Source of the DNA: a virus
Direction: 5' to 3' (one strand)
IMG/VR virus record: IMGVR_UViG_3300003322_000423
Location: 1-64,000 of that record
DNA length: 64,000 nucleotides
Part shown: in pieces, positions 40,906 to 50,776 of the stretch
Numbering within the stretch: position 1 is the stretch's first letter
Layout of the letters: the number at the start of each line of letters is the position of its first letter
Made by a program: the position numbers and the translations under genes
Notes under the pieces: generated by a model
The model's input: only the letters and a program-made list of their open reading frames with translations
Databases searched by the model: none
What the model was told of the DNA's origin: nothing

Positions 40906-41523
40906 CTAGAAGATTAAACACCAGTAACCGCCGTATCCACCTATACCCACTCTGTTTACACCTGTAGGAATCATGGAAGGGTCTGGCTGTCCGCTGGCTG
41001 ACATGGAACACACCGGATCTCCGACAACTCCCCTAGCAGCCATCCTTTGGGCAGCAAGTACCGCTGTACGTGAGGTATACCACTCAGTGGTTGCACCTGT
41101 CGCACTCGCAGGAGGCGTGGTAGAGGTGGTCGGTACCGAAGTCGTAGGTGTCGATTTCGGGATTGCAGTCGGTACAGGCACCGCAGGCGTCCCAGTCTTC
41201 GGGGTCGACGGCGCCACAGGTTTCGGAGAGACAGGTGAAGTAGTAGGTGTCACAGACACAGGGCTCTTCGTGGGTTTCGGCTTGTGAGGCTTCTTCGTTG
41301 CTGATGGCTTCACCTGCTTGGGTAAAAGATCGTGAGGTATAAACGGATCAGGGGCCTGACCTGAATACGTCGGGCGTTCAGGTTTGTCCGCCTTGACCTG
41401 AACAGTAGCACCTGCTACCACAAACGCCAATAGGGACCCGGCAAATAGAACCAAGGTCCCTACTGCGGCTATGATCTTAGGAAAGACCTGGACCCGCAGT
41501 GGCTTGCGGTAATGTGGCTGCAT
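40906..41523 (-). CDS. Membrane-anchored Pro/Thr-rich protein
   Basis: TM helix, long P/T/K linker, small C-terminal domain with 2 Cys. Confidence 0.7.
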   Translation of the reverse strand: MQPHYRKPLRVQVFPKIIAAVGTLVLFAGSLLAFVVAGATVQVKADKPERPTYSGQAPDPFIPHDLLPKQVKPSATKKPHKPKPTKSPVSVTPTTSPVSPKPVAPSTPKTGTPAVPVPTAIPKSTPTTSVPTTSTTPPASATGATTEWYTSRTAVLAAQRMAARGVVGDPVCSMSASGQPDPSMIPTGVNRVGIGGYGGYWCLIF

Positions 41524-41860
41524 AATTTATCACTACCGTGTCATCATTAGAGGTTATGAGAGATATCAAATCATCGGCCATCACATTGTTTCGGGAGTCT
41601 ATTATCTCTCCGGTGAAAGACCCGGCTTCTTTGTGCATCTGAACAAACAAGGGTTTGGGGGCCGTCTTCAGCCATTGGACTATGTTGGTTCGCAGAGTGT
41701 ATTCAGGGTCGGACTCGGAAAAGAAATCGCTTTCAGGTACTTCCACCCGAGCGAGTTTGAATGTCTGGGTCACTTTGATACCGAAGCCAAGATCGAGAAT
41801 TGCTGTGACCGTGTTGGTGTTTAGAAGGCGGGTTACTTTTTCCACGCGATAATAGTACAT
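41477..41860 (-). CDS. SNase/thermonuclease-like protein with a degenerate active site; leaderless
   Basis: MYYYR...V.R...T...ILDLGF.I...F.LA.V..PE; TATAAT 6 nt before the ATG. Confidence 0.65.
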   Translation of the reverse strand: MYYYRVEKVTRLLNTNTVTAILDLGFGIKVTQTFKLARVEVPESDFFSESDPEYTLRTNIVQWLKTAPKPLFVQMHKEAGSFTGEIIDSRNNVMADDLISLITSNDDTVVINYAATLPQATAGPGLS

Positions 41861-41883
41861 AGTCGGATTATACCTAAACAACA

Positions 41884-41915
41884 GGGTCCCAGTCAAAGCG
41901 ACTGGGACCCTTCTA
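41884..41915 (-). terminator. Terminator-like hairpin after the Rpf-like gene
   Basis: GGGTCCCAGTC-AAAGC-GACTGGGACCC. Confidence 0.7.
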
Positions 41916-41926
41916 TTCTTTATCTA

Positions 41927-43297
41927 TTACAGGGAAACACCCTTGCCTGCCATATAGCTGACAGGGTTGAGGAAGTTACCTACATAGAACTGGGTGGCGT
42001 TGAAACGGATCTCGAAGTGCAAATGAGGACCACTTGCGTTACCTGTTGATCCCACCTTTCCTACTTCCTGTCCGGCTGCAACACTCTGGCCTTCTGAAAC
42101 AGAACGGCTCTGAAGGTGAGCGTACAGCGCATACTTTCCATCCGGAAGCTTTATGGTCACATAGTTTCCATAGGCAGATCCGGCACCACCTGAACCTGTA
42201 TCGACAACAGTTCCGGCCGCAATCGCACGTGCGCTTGTACCCGCATTTGCGATCATGTCCAGTCCACTGTGGCCACCACAGCTACGGCTGATGCAACCAC
42301 TTCCCACGATGATGTTGTCACCTAGATAATATGTTCCCTTTGCAAGGGGTGATACATAACCCTGAGAATTTGAAGGTGGTGTAGGTGTTGTAGGTGTTGT
42401 AGGTGTTGTAGGTGTTGTAGGAGTGCTAGGTGTTGATGACACACCTGAAACCACTAACACCGTACCCACTGTGATCTTGTCCGGGTTAGACCCGATGACT
42501 GACTTATTGGTGTTGTACAGTGCCTGCCATCCACCAGAAACCTTAAGGTTTGTGGCGATGCTTGACAGAGTGTCCCCCTTCTTAACTGTGTACTTGACAA
42601 CAGCACGAGGAAGGGTGAGCTTCTGTCCAGGATAGATCAGGTCAGGATTAGATCCAATTACGCCCTTGTTAGCGTTGTAGAGCGCCTGCCACCCGCCGTT
42701 CACCTTGTTGGCAACAGCAATAGCTGAAAGAGTGTCTCCGCTCTTCACAGTGTACTTTGTACCGCCGCTAGGGGTTGTAGGAGGTGTAGGTGTTACAGGG
42801 GGCTTGGGTGTACTTGGGGGGTTGGGTACGGTTGGAGTTGATGGTGTAGAAGCGTATGGATTAGGTCCACCACGGAACATGGAATCTGAGCTACTACGGA
42901 GAGGGTACCCCACCATAGAGTTACATGCCCACGCGTCTGGTCCCTGCATAGCTAGCAAAGCTTCCCCGGCTAAAATCTGCTGCTGCTTTGTAGCTGAACC
43001 TAGGTTATCCCAGCTAGGATAAGCTGAGGTGTCAAAACCTTTGTCTCTTAAATACTGAAGTGCTTCATTCCATGAAGCACGCTGAAACTGGAGACCACCC
43101 TTTGAGCGTCCGTTGTCTCCATAGTTGATGCTCCAGTTGCCGTTACTTTCACACTGGGCAATTCGGTCCCATTGGTTTACGGTTGCTGCGTTTGCCATTC
43201 CCGAACTGAGGACGGGAACAACCATAGCAGCACTCAATACGACCATAGTCGCAATTGCAGTGTTTACGCCCTTCTTGTTCTTGTTTTCCAATGACAT
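41927..43297 (-). CDS. Secreted Rpf transglycosylase + 2 LysM + M23 peptidase (RpfD-like architecture)
   Basis: Signal peptide; WDRIAQCESNGNWSIN...GGLQF; two YTVK.GDTL; HSGLD...YAHL...GPHLHFE. Confidence 0.92.
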   Translation of the reverse strand: MSLENKNKKGVNTAIATMVVLSAAMVVPVLSSGMANAATVNQWDRIAQCESNGNWSINYGDNGRSKGGLQFQRASWNEALQYLRDKGFDTSAYPSWDNLGSATKQQQILAGEALLAMQGPDAWACNSMVGYPLRSSSDSMFRGGPNPYASTPSTPTVPNPPSTPKPPVTPTPPTTPSGGTKYTVKSGDTLSAIAVANKVNGGWQALYNANKGVIGSNPDLIYPGQKLTLPRAVVKYTVKKGDTLSSIATNLKVSGGWQALYNTNKSVIGSNPDKITVGTVLVVSGVSSTPSTPTTPTTPTTPTTPTPPSNSQGYVSPLAKGTYYLGDNIIVGSGCISRSCGGHSGLDMIANAGTSARAIAAGTVVDTGSGGAGSAYGNYVTIKLPDGKYALYAHLQSRSVSEGQSVAAGQEVGKVGSTGNASGPHLHFEIRFNATQFYVGNFLNPVSYMAGKGVSL

Positions 43298-43466
43298 TTT
43301 ACTCGCATCCCTTGGGGTTTAGGGAGCTGACATGCCCTCCAAAGGCAACTCACTAGATATTGTTTAAACGTGAAGGACCATTATACCATTCTTTAGACAT
43401 CTCTTAACTACTAGCTCAAAGTGATCAGTTGTAAAAGCCAGGCACCCCGTTTTGGATGCCTGGCAC

Positions 43467-43985
43467 TTAATCTTCCCACCCTGGAACTACAAATACATAG
43501 ATTCCTAGATCTTGCCATAGACGAACAATACTTGGGTTGTCGTCTATGGCATAAACGACCTTCCATCTGTTTCTATCTTGTATCTCTTTGTATATGTCTC
43601 TCTTTACATCTACGTCAGCCCTGTAATCCTTTTCTTTTCTCATGAAAAGCTCGGTACAGGGAACTGCGTATTTTTCCAGCCACTTTTCAGTGGTCTTTCT
43701 GTAAGGTTCTCCACGAGCTGTGACAATTAGAATATCACAACGTTCCATGGACCAGAAAGAATGTACCTTGTCCAGGGTGGACCAGATGGCAGGACAGTCA
43801 ATACTTTCTTTGTGGAAAGCATCAAAGTTCTTTTTGGTGTATGTGCCGTCAGGTTTCAACGCTTTTCTAACATGATGCCGAATAGAGGATACGTTGACCA
43901 ACGTACCGTCCACATCGACAATGACAGCTTTTTTCAAGCCCTCTTTCAAAACGATCCCCACTGCCGTTTCCGTCTCTTTCCCCAT
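43467..43985 (-). CDS. HAD-family phosphatase (PNKP 3'-phosphatase-like)
   Basis: IVDVDGTL, VTAR, LFMR...D.R.D..VK, IDD. Confidence 0.85.
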   Translation of the reverse strand: MGKETETAVGIVLKEGLKKAVIVDVDGTLVNVSSIRHHVRKALKPDGTYTKKNFDAFHKESIDCPAIWSTLDKVHSFWSMERCDILIVTARGEPYRKTTEKWLEKYAVPCTELFMRKEKDYRADVDVKRDIYKEIQDRNRWKVVYAIDDNPSIVRLWQDLGIYVFVVPGWED

Positions 43986-44167
43986 TTACCGCAGCAGAAG
44001 CAATGGGATTTCAGTTTGACATCTCGCCACTGCACATCACATTTATGGCACATGAAATCACGTAACCGTCCGTCTTCTACTTCTTTCGGTTCCTTAACCG
44101 CTTTAGGTTCTATCACAAGTGGTGCACTAGGTATACCTAAGAGTGTCTGAATATAGGCTCCATACAT
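43946..44167 (-). CDS. Small Zn-ribbon protein
   Basis: CHKCDV.W...CFCCG. Confidence 0.6.
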   Translation of the reverse strand: MYGAYIQTLLGIPSAPLVIEPKAVKEPKEVEDGRLRDFMCHKCDVQWRDVKLKSHCFCCGKWGKRRKRQWGSF

Positions 44168-44260
44168 CCTTCTACCCTACACTGTTTAGACTATACAGTC
44201 AAGACCCTAGCTGGTATAATCAATATCTGACTGTCTCCTGACCTTCGAACGGACTGATCC

Positions 44261-44707
44261 ATGGGTGAGCCTTACTTTATACCTGGCGCAAAAAGAATAG
44301 CGGCTGCCCTGAAACTAGCAGGGTTCAAGGACTCTGAACTAGTCACCATGGTGGCCATCCACGGACAGGAAACCTCCGGAAACGTCTGGGTCAAGGGTGG
44401 TCCTAACAAGGATGGTACTTACGACTTTGGAGCCTTCCAGATCAACTCTAACAGCCCCGACGGTCCGCAGAACTGGAAAGACTACTGCCAGAATGCCAAG
44501 TACGCTAGGGATATCTATCTGCGCCAGGGTTACAAAGCCTGGTATGCATATGCTAAAGGTCGCTTGACCAACAAGCCAGGTTTTGTAAAGCACAGTAATT
44601 GGAATTGGCTGGACTGGGCACAAGATGGTGTGAACCAGATGAATGCTGACCTCAAGCGAGGCTACAGCTTAGAGCGTATAGCGTCATTCTATGGTCTGGA
44701 AGGTTAA
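44261..44707 (+). CDS. Lysozyme-like/lytic transglycosylase
   Basis: AI..ETSG...NKDGTYDFGAFQIN...NA..A..IY..QG.KAW. Confidence 0.85.
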   Translation: MGEPYFIPGAKRIAAALKLAGFKDSELVTMVAIHGQETSGNVWVKGGPNKDGTYDFGAFQINSNSPDGPQNWKDYCQNAKYARDIYLRQGYKAWYAYAKGRLTNKPGFVKHSNWNWLDWAQDGVNQMNADLKRGYSLERIASFYGLEG

Positions 44708-46018
44708 ATGAGAACCACAGCGGCTAAAGTCATAAACCAGTGCGCTTCACAAGAGGGTTATCGTGAAGGTGCCGATAACTACAATAAGTACGCCCCTATT
44801 GCTGGCCACGCCAATCACGAGGCTTGGTGTGCGACCTTCCTTGTTGCAGAATTCAAGGTAGCAGGTCAGGAATTACCACCCGGTGCGGACACAGCGGGAT
44901 GCTGGGAGAATGTACAGGCTTTCAAAAGAGCTGGGCGATTCTCCGTATACCCTGCCGTAGGTGCTATTTTCTTCATCGGGGATTCTGGTGATGAACACAC
45001 CGGATTAGTGTACAAATACGATGGCTCGAATATCTATACAATAGAGGGTAATACAAATACCGATGGTTCCGCCAACGGTAACGGTGTCTATAAACGGGTA
45101 CGTGAACGTAGCTCTATCTACGGGTACGGATATCCTAATTATTCAGATGCCATAGTGTCAGCAGACCCCAAGTGGGGTGGTACAGCCACTCCTCCCTCAA
45201 CCACACCCCCGTCTGGAGGTTCTACAGTGCCTAGCATCAGGTTAACAGATGTACAGCCGGGAGACAACAACAGTTCCGTTCTTCTGGTACAGAAAGCTCT
45301 CAAAAAGGTGTACCCCGACTTTGACTATTCGTCAGGGCCCGGAGTGTTCGGCCCCCGGACAACAGCCGCTTATGCCAGGTACCAGCGCTCATTGGGGTTC
45401 TCAGGTGCGGACGCTTCCGGTACGCCCGGGAACACTTCTCTTGTTGCGTTGGGTAAGCAAACAGGGTTGTTCACCGTGTCGGGTGCCACTTCAACACCTG
45501 CGCCCTCTATACCTAGCACACCGTCCCAGCCTTCAGGGCCTACAACAGGGTCTAACTACGAGACGCGTCCTGAACCCTCTATGGACATGACCCGGACCAC
45601 TTACGGTGGACGTACTGTCAACCAGAGAACAAAGGTTTTGTTGCAGCGTGCTGCCGAAATCTACGGATCTCCGTTCTATCTGGTTCAGGGTTCGTACAAC
45701 CGAGGCGGCGTGTCTGCCTCTGCCGGTACCCACGACGGTGGCGGAGTTGTTGACGTCGATGTGTCAAATATGAATACAAGTCAGCGTCTAAACGCTGTAC
45801 AGGCTCTACGTAAGGCAGGTTTCGCAGCCTGGCTTCGCACTCCTGCCGAAGGGTTCTCCTACCACATCCACGCATGTGCGATAGGGGATAGAGAAATGGC
45901 TTATGTTGCCAAGGATCAGGTACAAAGCTATTTCAATGGCCGTAATGGTTTGGTGTCAAATGCACGTGTAACTGACGCCCTTCACTGGCCGAATTGGGCA
46001 GACAAGTACAATTACTGA
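44708..46018 (+). CDS. Endolysin: CHAP/NlpC-like + peptidoglycan-binding + C-terminal Zn-peptidase-like domain
   Basis: AWCATF...HTGLV...IEGNT; PGBD; QGSYN..GTHDGGG..D...HIH. Confidence 0.88.
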   Translation: MRTTAAKVINQCASQEGYREGADNYNKYAPIAGHANHEAWCATFLVAEFKVAGQELPPGADTAGCWENVQAFKRAGRFSVYPAVGAIFFIGDSGDEHTGLVYKYDGSNIYTIEGNTNTDGSANGNGVYKRVRERSSIYGYGYPNYSDAIVSADPKWGGTATPPSTTPPSGGSTVPSIRLTDVQPGDNNSSVLLVQKALKKVYPDFDYSSGPGVFGPRTTAAYARYQRSLGFSGADASGTPGNTSLVALGKQTGLFTVSGATSTPAPSIPSTPSQPSGPTTGSNYETRPEPSMDMTRTTYGGRTVNQRTKVLLQRAAEIYGSPFYLVQGSYNRGGVSASAGTHDGGGVVDVDVSNMNTSQRLNAVQALRKAGFAAWLRTPAEGFSYHIHACAIGDREMAYVAKDQVQSYFNGRNGLVSNARVTDALHWPNWADKYNY

Positions 46019-46056
46019 TATCAGATTGGGCAACAGCCCAGAAAGAAGTTAAACAC

Positions 46057-46254
46057 ATGTTCAGTCGTGAATTTTTATTGAAGGTCGCCAAGGAGGCCGT
46101 TCTTACATTCGTCGGCACTGCCGGGTCTGTATTCCTGGCCTTCGGGGATGGCCTTGAGAAGGCTGCTGTAGTCGGTGGCGTCGTTGCGGGTGTCCGTGCG
46201 GTTGTAGGTGTCATCGTCAAGAACGTTGGTACACCTAACTCACCTCACCTCTAA
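46057..46254 (+). CDS. Holin
   Basis: 65 aa with two hydrophobic segments, directly after the endolysin. Confidence 0.7.
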   Translation: MFSREFLLKVAKEAVLTFVGTAGSVFLAFGDGLEKAAVVGGVVAGVRAVVGVIVKNVGTPNSPHL

Positions 46255-46272
46255 AGATAAAATCCATAGGGG

Positions 46273-46863
46273 GTGCATGGCACCCCCACGTACCCCCTAT
46301 CGGAGTTACACATGCAAGAAGACGGCATCAAGTGGCACCCCAAGGTGCGTATAGACAAGTACTCCCCGGAACAAATCAAAGTATGGACTGAATTTCTGGG
46401 TCACGAGCCCACAAGCGTGGATTTTGCAGACTGGGAGATCGAACCAGAGTCTGTAACCGAACTAGATGGAAATCAATTGGTGTCTGTAGGTCTCACACGT
46501 ATCAGGGATCTGATTCTGGGCACTGGAGCAACAGGTATCACATCCACATCCGCACGTATCGGAGTAGGTAACGGTACAGCGGGTTTTTCTGCTGCCCATG
46601 TAGATCTGCAAGGTGCATCCAAGAGATTCAACATTCTCGATTCGCTCACCCCTGGAACAAGTAAGTTCACCGCAGTTGCCACCTTTGGCACGGGTGATGC
46701 CAACTTTGCCTGGGAGGAGTGGTGCATAGACATCAAGAATACCGGGTCAGCCACCTCAGGTAATACTATTAATGATGTATTGCTGAACCGAAAAGTCGGC
46801 TCTCAGGGAACTAAAGCTTCCGGTGCCGTCTGGGTATTCACTGTAGATGTGACTATCTCATAA
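46273..46863 (+). CDS. Putative virion structural protein
   Basis: IGVGNGT...ATF...ANFAW.EW...LNRKV...GTK motif set; first gene of the second structural block. Confidence 0.6.
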   Translation: MHGTPTYPLSELHMQEDGIKWHPKVRIDKYSPEQIKVWTEFLGHEPTSVDFADWEIEPESVTELDGNQLVSVGLTRIRDLILGTGATGITSTSARIGVGNGTAGFSAAHVDLQGASKRFNILDSLTPGTSKFTAVATFGTGDANFAWEEWCIDIKNTGSATSGNTINDVLLNRKVGSQGTKASGAVWVFTVDVTIS

Positions 46864-46916
46864 AGACTTAGAGTAAGGGCAACGTTATGTTGCCCTTATA
46901 GTTTATTGGAGAGGGT

Positions 46917-49022
46917 ATGGCTAAGGACTTATTCAACAACAACGCTACCACAACCGTGACTTCTGGTGGAACCACAGCCCCTGCACAGGGCACCACTCAA
47001 ACATGGACAGTGGCTAGCTCTTCATCTTTTCCTGCGGCCAGCAACTCCAGCAGTCCTGCTACACAGTTCTATGTGTGCGATCCAGCATTGTCAACGGAGC
47101 TGATACTTGTCACTAATGTCTCTGGTAGTACCTGGTCTGTTACTCGCGGAGCAGATGGTACAACACCTGTCGCACACACGTCAGGCTTTACGGTACGCCA
47201 GATTGTTCCTGCTGCGTTTTTGAACAAGATAGAAACACAGGATGATGGTGTATTCAATGTCAAGCTCTACGGAGCTTTAGGGGATGCCAGTACGGATGAC
47301 ACATCCGCTTTCAACGCATGTATAAGCGCAGCAGAAACCTACGCGGCATCAAATGGCATGGCCAAAGTTGTAGTGCCTCCGGACTCCTACAAAATCAATG
47401 GTCCTGTAACTGTCAAGGGCGATATAACATATGATTTCCGTGGGGCTTATATATTCAACGGCAACACTTTTTCAAGCAGTGGTAGTGGTTGGCACATGTT
47501 CAACTACACAGCCGCTTCAGGCTACGCCGGAGAAAGTAATGTAACTGTTCTCGGGGGTGTGTTTGATGCCAAAGGGCAGAATGCCGCCACGTGGACCAGT
47601 GGTGGAGATATCGCAAAGAACATTTTCCTTATCGGAGATGGCCGTAACTACCGGTTTGAGAGCTGCACTTTTAGAAATGTACCCAGCTATCACGCCTTGG
47701 ATGTAAATGGTATTGACGGACTTGTCGTCAATAACTGTCGTTTTGAAGGATTCACAGACAACAACAGCCCGTCCAGACGTAGCAACTCAGAGGCTATTCA
47801 GCTTGAAAACGGTACTGGTGGAAGTCCTTGCAAGAACGTCAAAGTGACTAACTGTTATATGGGTCCTGCGGTTGACGGTTCAGGCTTAGGTGGATTTGGC
47901 AGACTGGTGGGATCTCATACTGATACAAACGGTACGTATCTGTCAAACATTGTTGTCACAGGAAACACTATCGAATCACCTTTGTCTCACGGGGTGGGCT
48001 TCTATTCCGTTACAGACAGCGTGATAGCCAACAACGTCATCACCGGGGCGGGTAAAGACGGCATCAAGCTGACAGCCGGAAACACTTCCAGCACAAATCA
48101 AAATTTCAACGTAACAATAGCTAACAACATAATTCGGGACTGTACTCTTGCTGGCATCAACCTAGAGGCATCCAAGAAATGTGTTGTGACTGGTAATTTT
48201 ATTTATGATACAGATCAACAAGGTATAAATCTGTCTAAGCCACCTACCGGGTCTGATAACCCTGGCGGTAATGCTCAGCCTTGCCCAGACAATATTATCA
48301 CCAATAACACCATCATCGGTGTATGCCGAAGTGCTGGCACCTTAGGGGCTATCAATATTTCAGGAGATAACAATACCAAAAACTACATAGTAGGTAACAG
48401 CTTCAGACAGTACGGGTCGGGTACTGAAGCTGCTGCACCTATCCGTATTGAAGGTACAGGTGCAGGCAATAACTATTTTGTAGGCAATATCTTTGGTCAA
48501 GACTGGTTTGCTAACTACGACAGCAATATAGTAACAAGCAATGCAGCTTTCTGGGATAATGAAAGATGGCACACTAAGGTAAAAACTGCGGATCAGGCTG
48601 TTACTAGCGGTACTCTGACGGACGCTACAGATCTGGTATTCAGGGCAGATGGGAACGCTGTATATGAAATTGAGTTTTGTATACGTTTCTCCACAAATGC
48701 CACGGGAACACTATTCCGAAGCTCCTGGACAGTGCCTGCGTCCACTACAGGTATAAGACTAATTACAAGCCCCACAAATAATACAGCCACCTTTACAGGC
48801 AACCAGGACACCAATGCTAGGTTTGAGGGTAGATCCTATACCAGTAATATGGATACAGCGGGTGCAGGTAACTCCAATGTTGATCAGTTAATCCTAGAAA
48901 GAACTATATTGACCACATCGTCAACTGCGGGTAATGTTCAGTACCAGTTCTGCAATGTAAATGCCACTACCGCCACTTTAAAGACTGGTTCTTATGTAAG
49001 ATGGCGTAAACTAGAGGCATAG
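46917..49022 (+). CDS. Tailspike/depolymerase with right-handed beta-helix (pectate lyase-like)
   Basis: TRGA.GT...AH N-terminus; FNVK.YGA.GD..TDDT.AF; repeated I.NN.I strands. Confidence 0.85.
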   Translation: MAKDLFNNNATTTVTSGGTTAPAQGTTQTWTVASSSSFPAASNSSSPATQFYVCDPALSTELILVTNVSGSTWSVTRGADGTTPVAHTSGFTVRQIVPAAFLNKIETQDDGVFNVKLYGALGDASTDDTSAFNACISAAETYAASNGMAKVVVPPDSYKINGPVTVKGDITYDFRGAYIFNGNTFSSSGSGWHMFNYTAASGYAGESNVTVLGGVFDAKGQNAATWTSGGDIAKNIFLIGDGRNYRFESCTFRNVPSYHALDVNGIDGLVVNNCRFEGFTDNNSPSRRSNSEAIQLENGTGGSPCKNVKVTNCYMGPAVDGSGLGGFGRLVGSHTDTNGTYLSNIVVTGNTIESPLSHGVGFYSVTDSVIANNVITGAGKDGIKLTAGNTSSTNQNFNVTIANNIIRDCTLAGINLEASKKCVVTGNFIYDTDQQGINLSKPPTGSDNPGGNAQPCPDNIITNNTIIGVCRSAGTLGAINISGDNNTKNYIVGNSFRQYGSGTEAAAPIRIEGTGAGNNYFVGNIFGQDWFANYDSNIVTSNAAFWDNERWHTKVKTADQAVTSGTLTDATDLVFRADGNAVYEIEFCIRFSTNATGTLFRSSWTVPASTTGIRLITSPTNNTATFTGNQDTNARFEGRSYTSNMDTAGAGNSNVDQLILERTILTTSSTAGNVQYQFCNVNATTATLKTGSYVRWRKLEA

Positions 49023-49050
49023 TAAGTATCATACCTTTGGGAGGTGAACC

Positions 49051-49905
49051 ATGGCTCAGCACACATCACAACCCGGCTTGGCTCAGCCTGGTTTGCTTAT
49101 TCCGGGTTTTCCGGGAGACTGGACCACTTCTGACAGTGAATCCATGTCCTTGGTGGATTCCTCTGTAGTAGCCCTCAACAGTACTGATTCAGTGAGTTTC
49201 ACCGATCTGTCCACTCTGACGCTGACCTCTTCCGACGGTCTTACCCTGACGGACACTGAGACGCCTGCCGCTGCTGTATTGTTCAACTCTGATTCTATAT
49301 TCATTGTTGATACTTCTGTGCGTCTGGCCACTGACAGTCAGGCGGGCAGAGATCTTGTACAAGGCCCGGCTCTTGTATATGTGGCTGATTACGGAACCCC
49401 GGAGCCGACAGATATGTCATCCCTTAATCCTGCGGTATGGACATCCCTGGGAGGCACGCTAGGAGGGGTGGAAATAGTTATAAGTCAGACCCTAGAGGAC
49501 AAGGCAAAGACTGTACAACAGCCTGATTCATCCATGGGACGATACGTAAAACGGTCTATGACAGCAAAGATGAATTTGGCTGAAGTGACATTACAGAATC
49601 TTTTATATGCCGCAAATGTGGGCTCTGTAACTTCAGGTGCAGGTTACTCCTATTTCTTGCCAGGAACCGTTGACAGAGCAACACCCTTGACGTACAAAAC
49701 CGTGATCATAGACGGTTGGGCACCTGCCAAGGATGTAAACAGTCAGGTGACAAAAAGACGTAGACTCATAATGAGGAAATGCCTGTCGACGGATTCTTCA
49801 GTTGTCTCGTATTCCAAAGAAAAGCAGACTACCCAATCTGTGCTCTGGACAGTTCACGGCATTTCGGATTCCGTGACCCCGTTCAAGATAATAGATGAAG
49901 AGTAG
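49051..49905 (+). CDS. Tail-tube paralogue with an S/T/D-rich N-terminal extension
   Basis: C-terminal ~190 aa align by eye with 16947-17522 (LVQGPA, WT.LGGT, LAE.T.QNL.YA, KRR...R..LS.D, PFKIIDE). Confidence 0.85.
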   Translation: MAQHTSQPGLAQPGLLIPGFPGDWTTSDSESMSLVDSSVVALNSTDSVSFTDLSTLTLTSSDGLTLTDTETPAAAVLFNSDSIFIVDTSVRLATDSQAGRDLVQGPALVYVADYGTPEPTDMSSLNPAVWTSLGGTLGGVEIVISQTLEDKAKTVQQPDSSMGRYVKRSMTAKMNLAEVTLQNLLYAANVGSVTSGAGYSYFLPGTVDRATPLTYKTVIIDGWAPAKDVNSQVTKRRRLIMRKCLSTDSSVVSYSKEKQTTQSVLWTVHGISDSVTPFKIIDEE

Positions 49906-49979
49906 GTGGAACGGCTTTTAAACAGATTTATGCGGTATACTTGTAGGGCCATAAACATACTACAGAAGACGGAGCGCGT

Positions 49980-50318
49980 ATGTCTGCCTTTTATCTCATA
50001 ATCGAACAGGGCACTACATCGCAGTACGCGTGGCCTGTCTATGATGATGACAACAATTCCGTAGCCGTTTCAGGTTACACAGCAAAAGCCCAGGTAAGAC
50101 GGTCTGTCAGTGACTCAACGGTACTGCATGAGTGGTCTACAGCCAGCGGAACAATACTCCTGCAAGGAAACCTCGTAATCCTCGTAACCCCGCCTGCTAC
50201 ATCTCTGGCGTGGACGTGGACCAAGGGGGTTTATGACATTCTCATAACTGCACCAGACACAACGGTCAGCCGAGTTGCTGAAGGAGTAATAGAGGTCAGC
50301 CGGAGCGTCACAAGATGA
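49980..50318 (+). CDS. Small Ig/BppU-like virion adaptor protein
   Basis: IEQG...GYTAKAQVR...GVYD...EG.I.V...VTR. Confidence 0.7.
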   Translation: MSAFYLIIEQGTTSQYAWPVYDDDNNSVAVSGYTAKAQVRRSVSDSTVLHEWSTASGTILLQGNLVILVTPPATSLAWTWTKGVYDILITAPDTTVSRVAEGVIEVSRSVTR

Positions 50319-50530
50319 AAATACGTCCTCCTGTGAACCTGACACCTGTACATACCGGCGAGCCGGTATCTTTGACTGACCCTGAACCTTTACCAGGAGT
50401 GGTTATCTATGATCGATCACTCTGGTTCCAGGGTGAGGGTACACCACCTAATCCGGATACTATCGGGGCTAAAGATGGCGATTGCTATCTAGACACCCTG
50501 ACAGGTGATGTCTATCGCTTGGAGGTCTGA
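50315..50530 (+). CDS. Small virion protein
   Basis: WF.GEG.P....GAKDGD.YLDT.TGDVY. Confidence 0.65.
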   Translation: MKIRPPVNLTPVHTGEPVSLTDPEPLPGVVIYDRSLWFQGEGTPPNPDTIGAKDGDCYLDTLTGDVYRLEV

Positions 50531-50776
50531 ATGGGTTGGGTGTATATAGCAAACATACGCGGGCCTCAAGGAGCATCAGGCGGAGATATTTTTGAGTTCG
50601 AGCAAGTCGGCCCGTTATTTGATTGGACTATCAATCACAATCTGGGCAGGTATCCAGAAATCACAATTATCGGGGTAGATGGCAATCAGTTGGTTACTGA
50701 CGTAGAACATGTCAGTAAGAACACGGCCATTCTCCACTTTGGAATAGCAACTAGCGGGAAGGCTGTGTGTAACTAA
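50531..50776 (+). CDS. Small virion protein with HNLG motif
   Basis: NIRGPQG...WTINHNLGRYP...SGKA. Confidence 0.7.
   Translation: MGWVYIANIRGPQGASGGDIFEFEQVGPLFDWTINHNLGRYPEITIIGVDGNQLVTDVEHVSKNTAILHFGIATSGKAVCN

Noticed and set aside
43298-43420. c-di-AMP (ydaO) riboswitch upstream of the Rpf-like gene, as for Streptomyces rpfA
   Set aside because: The leader is only about 80 nt and lacks the recognisable GAAUC/GGAAC core motifs
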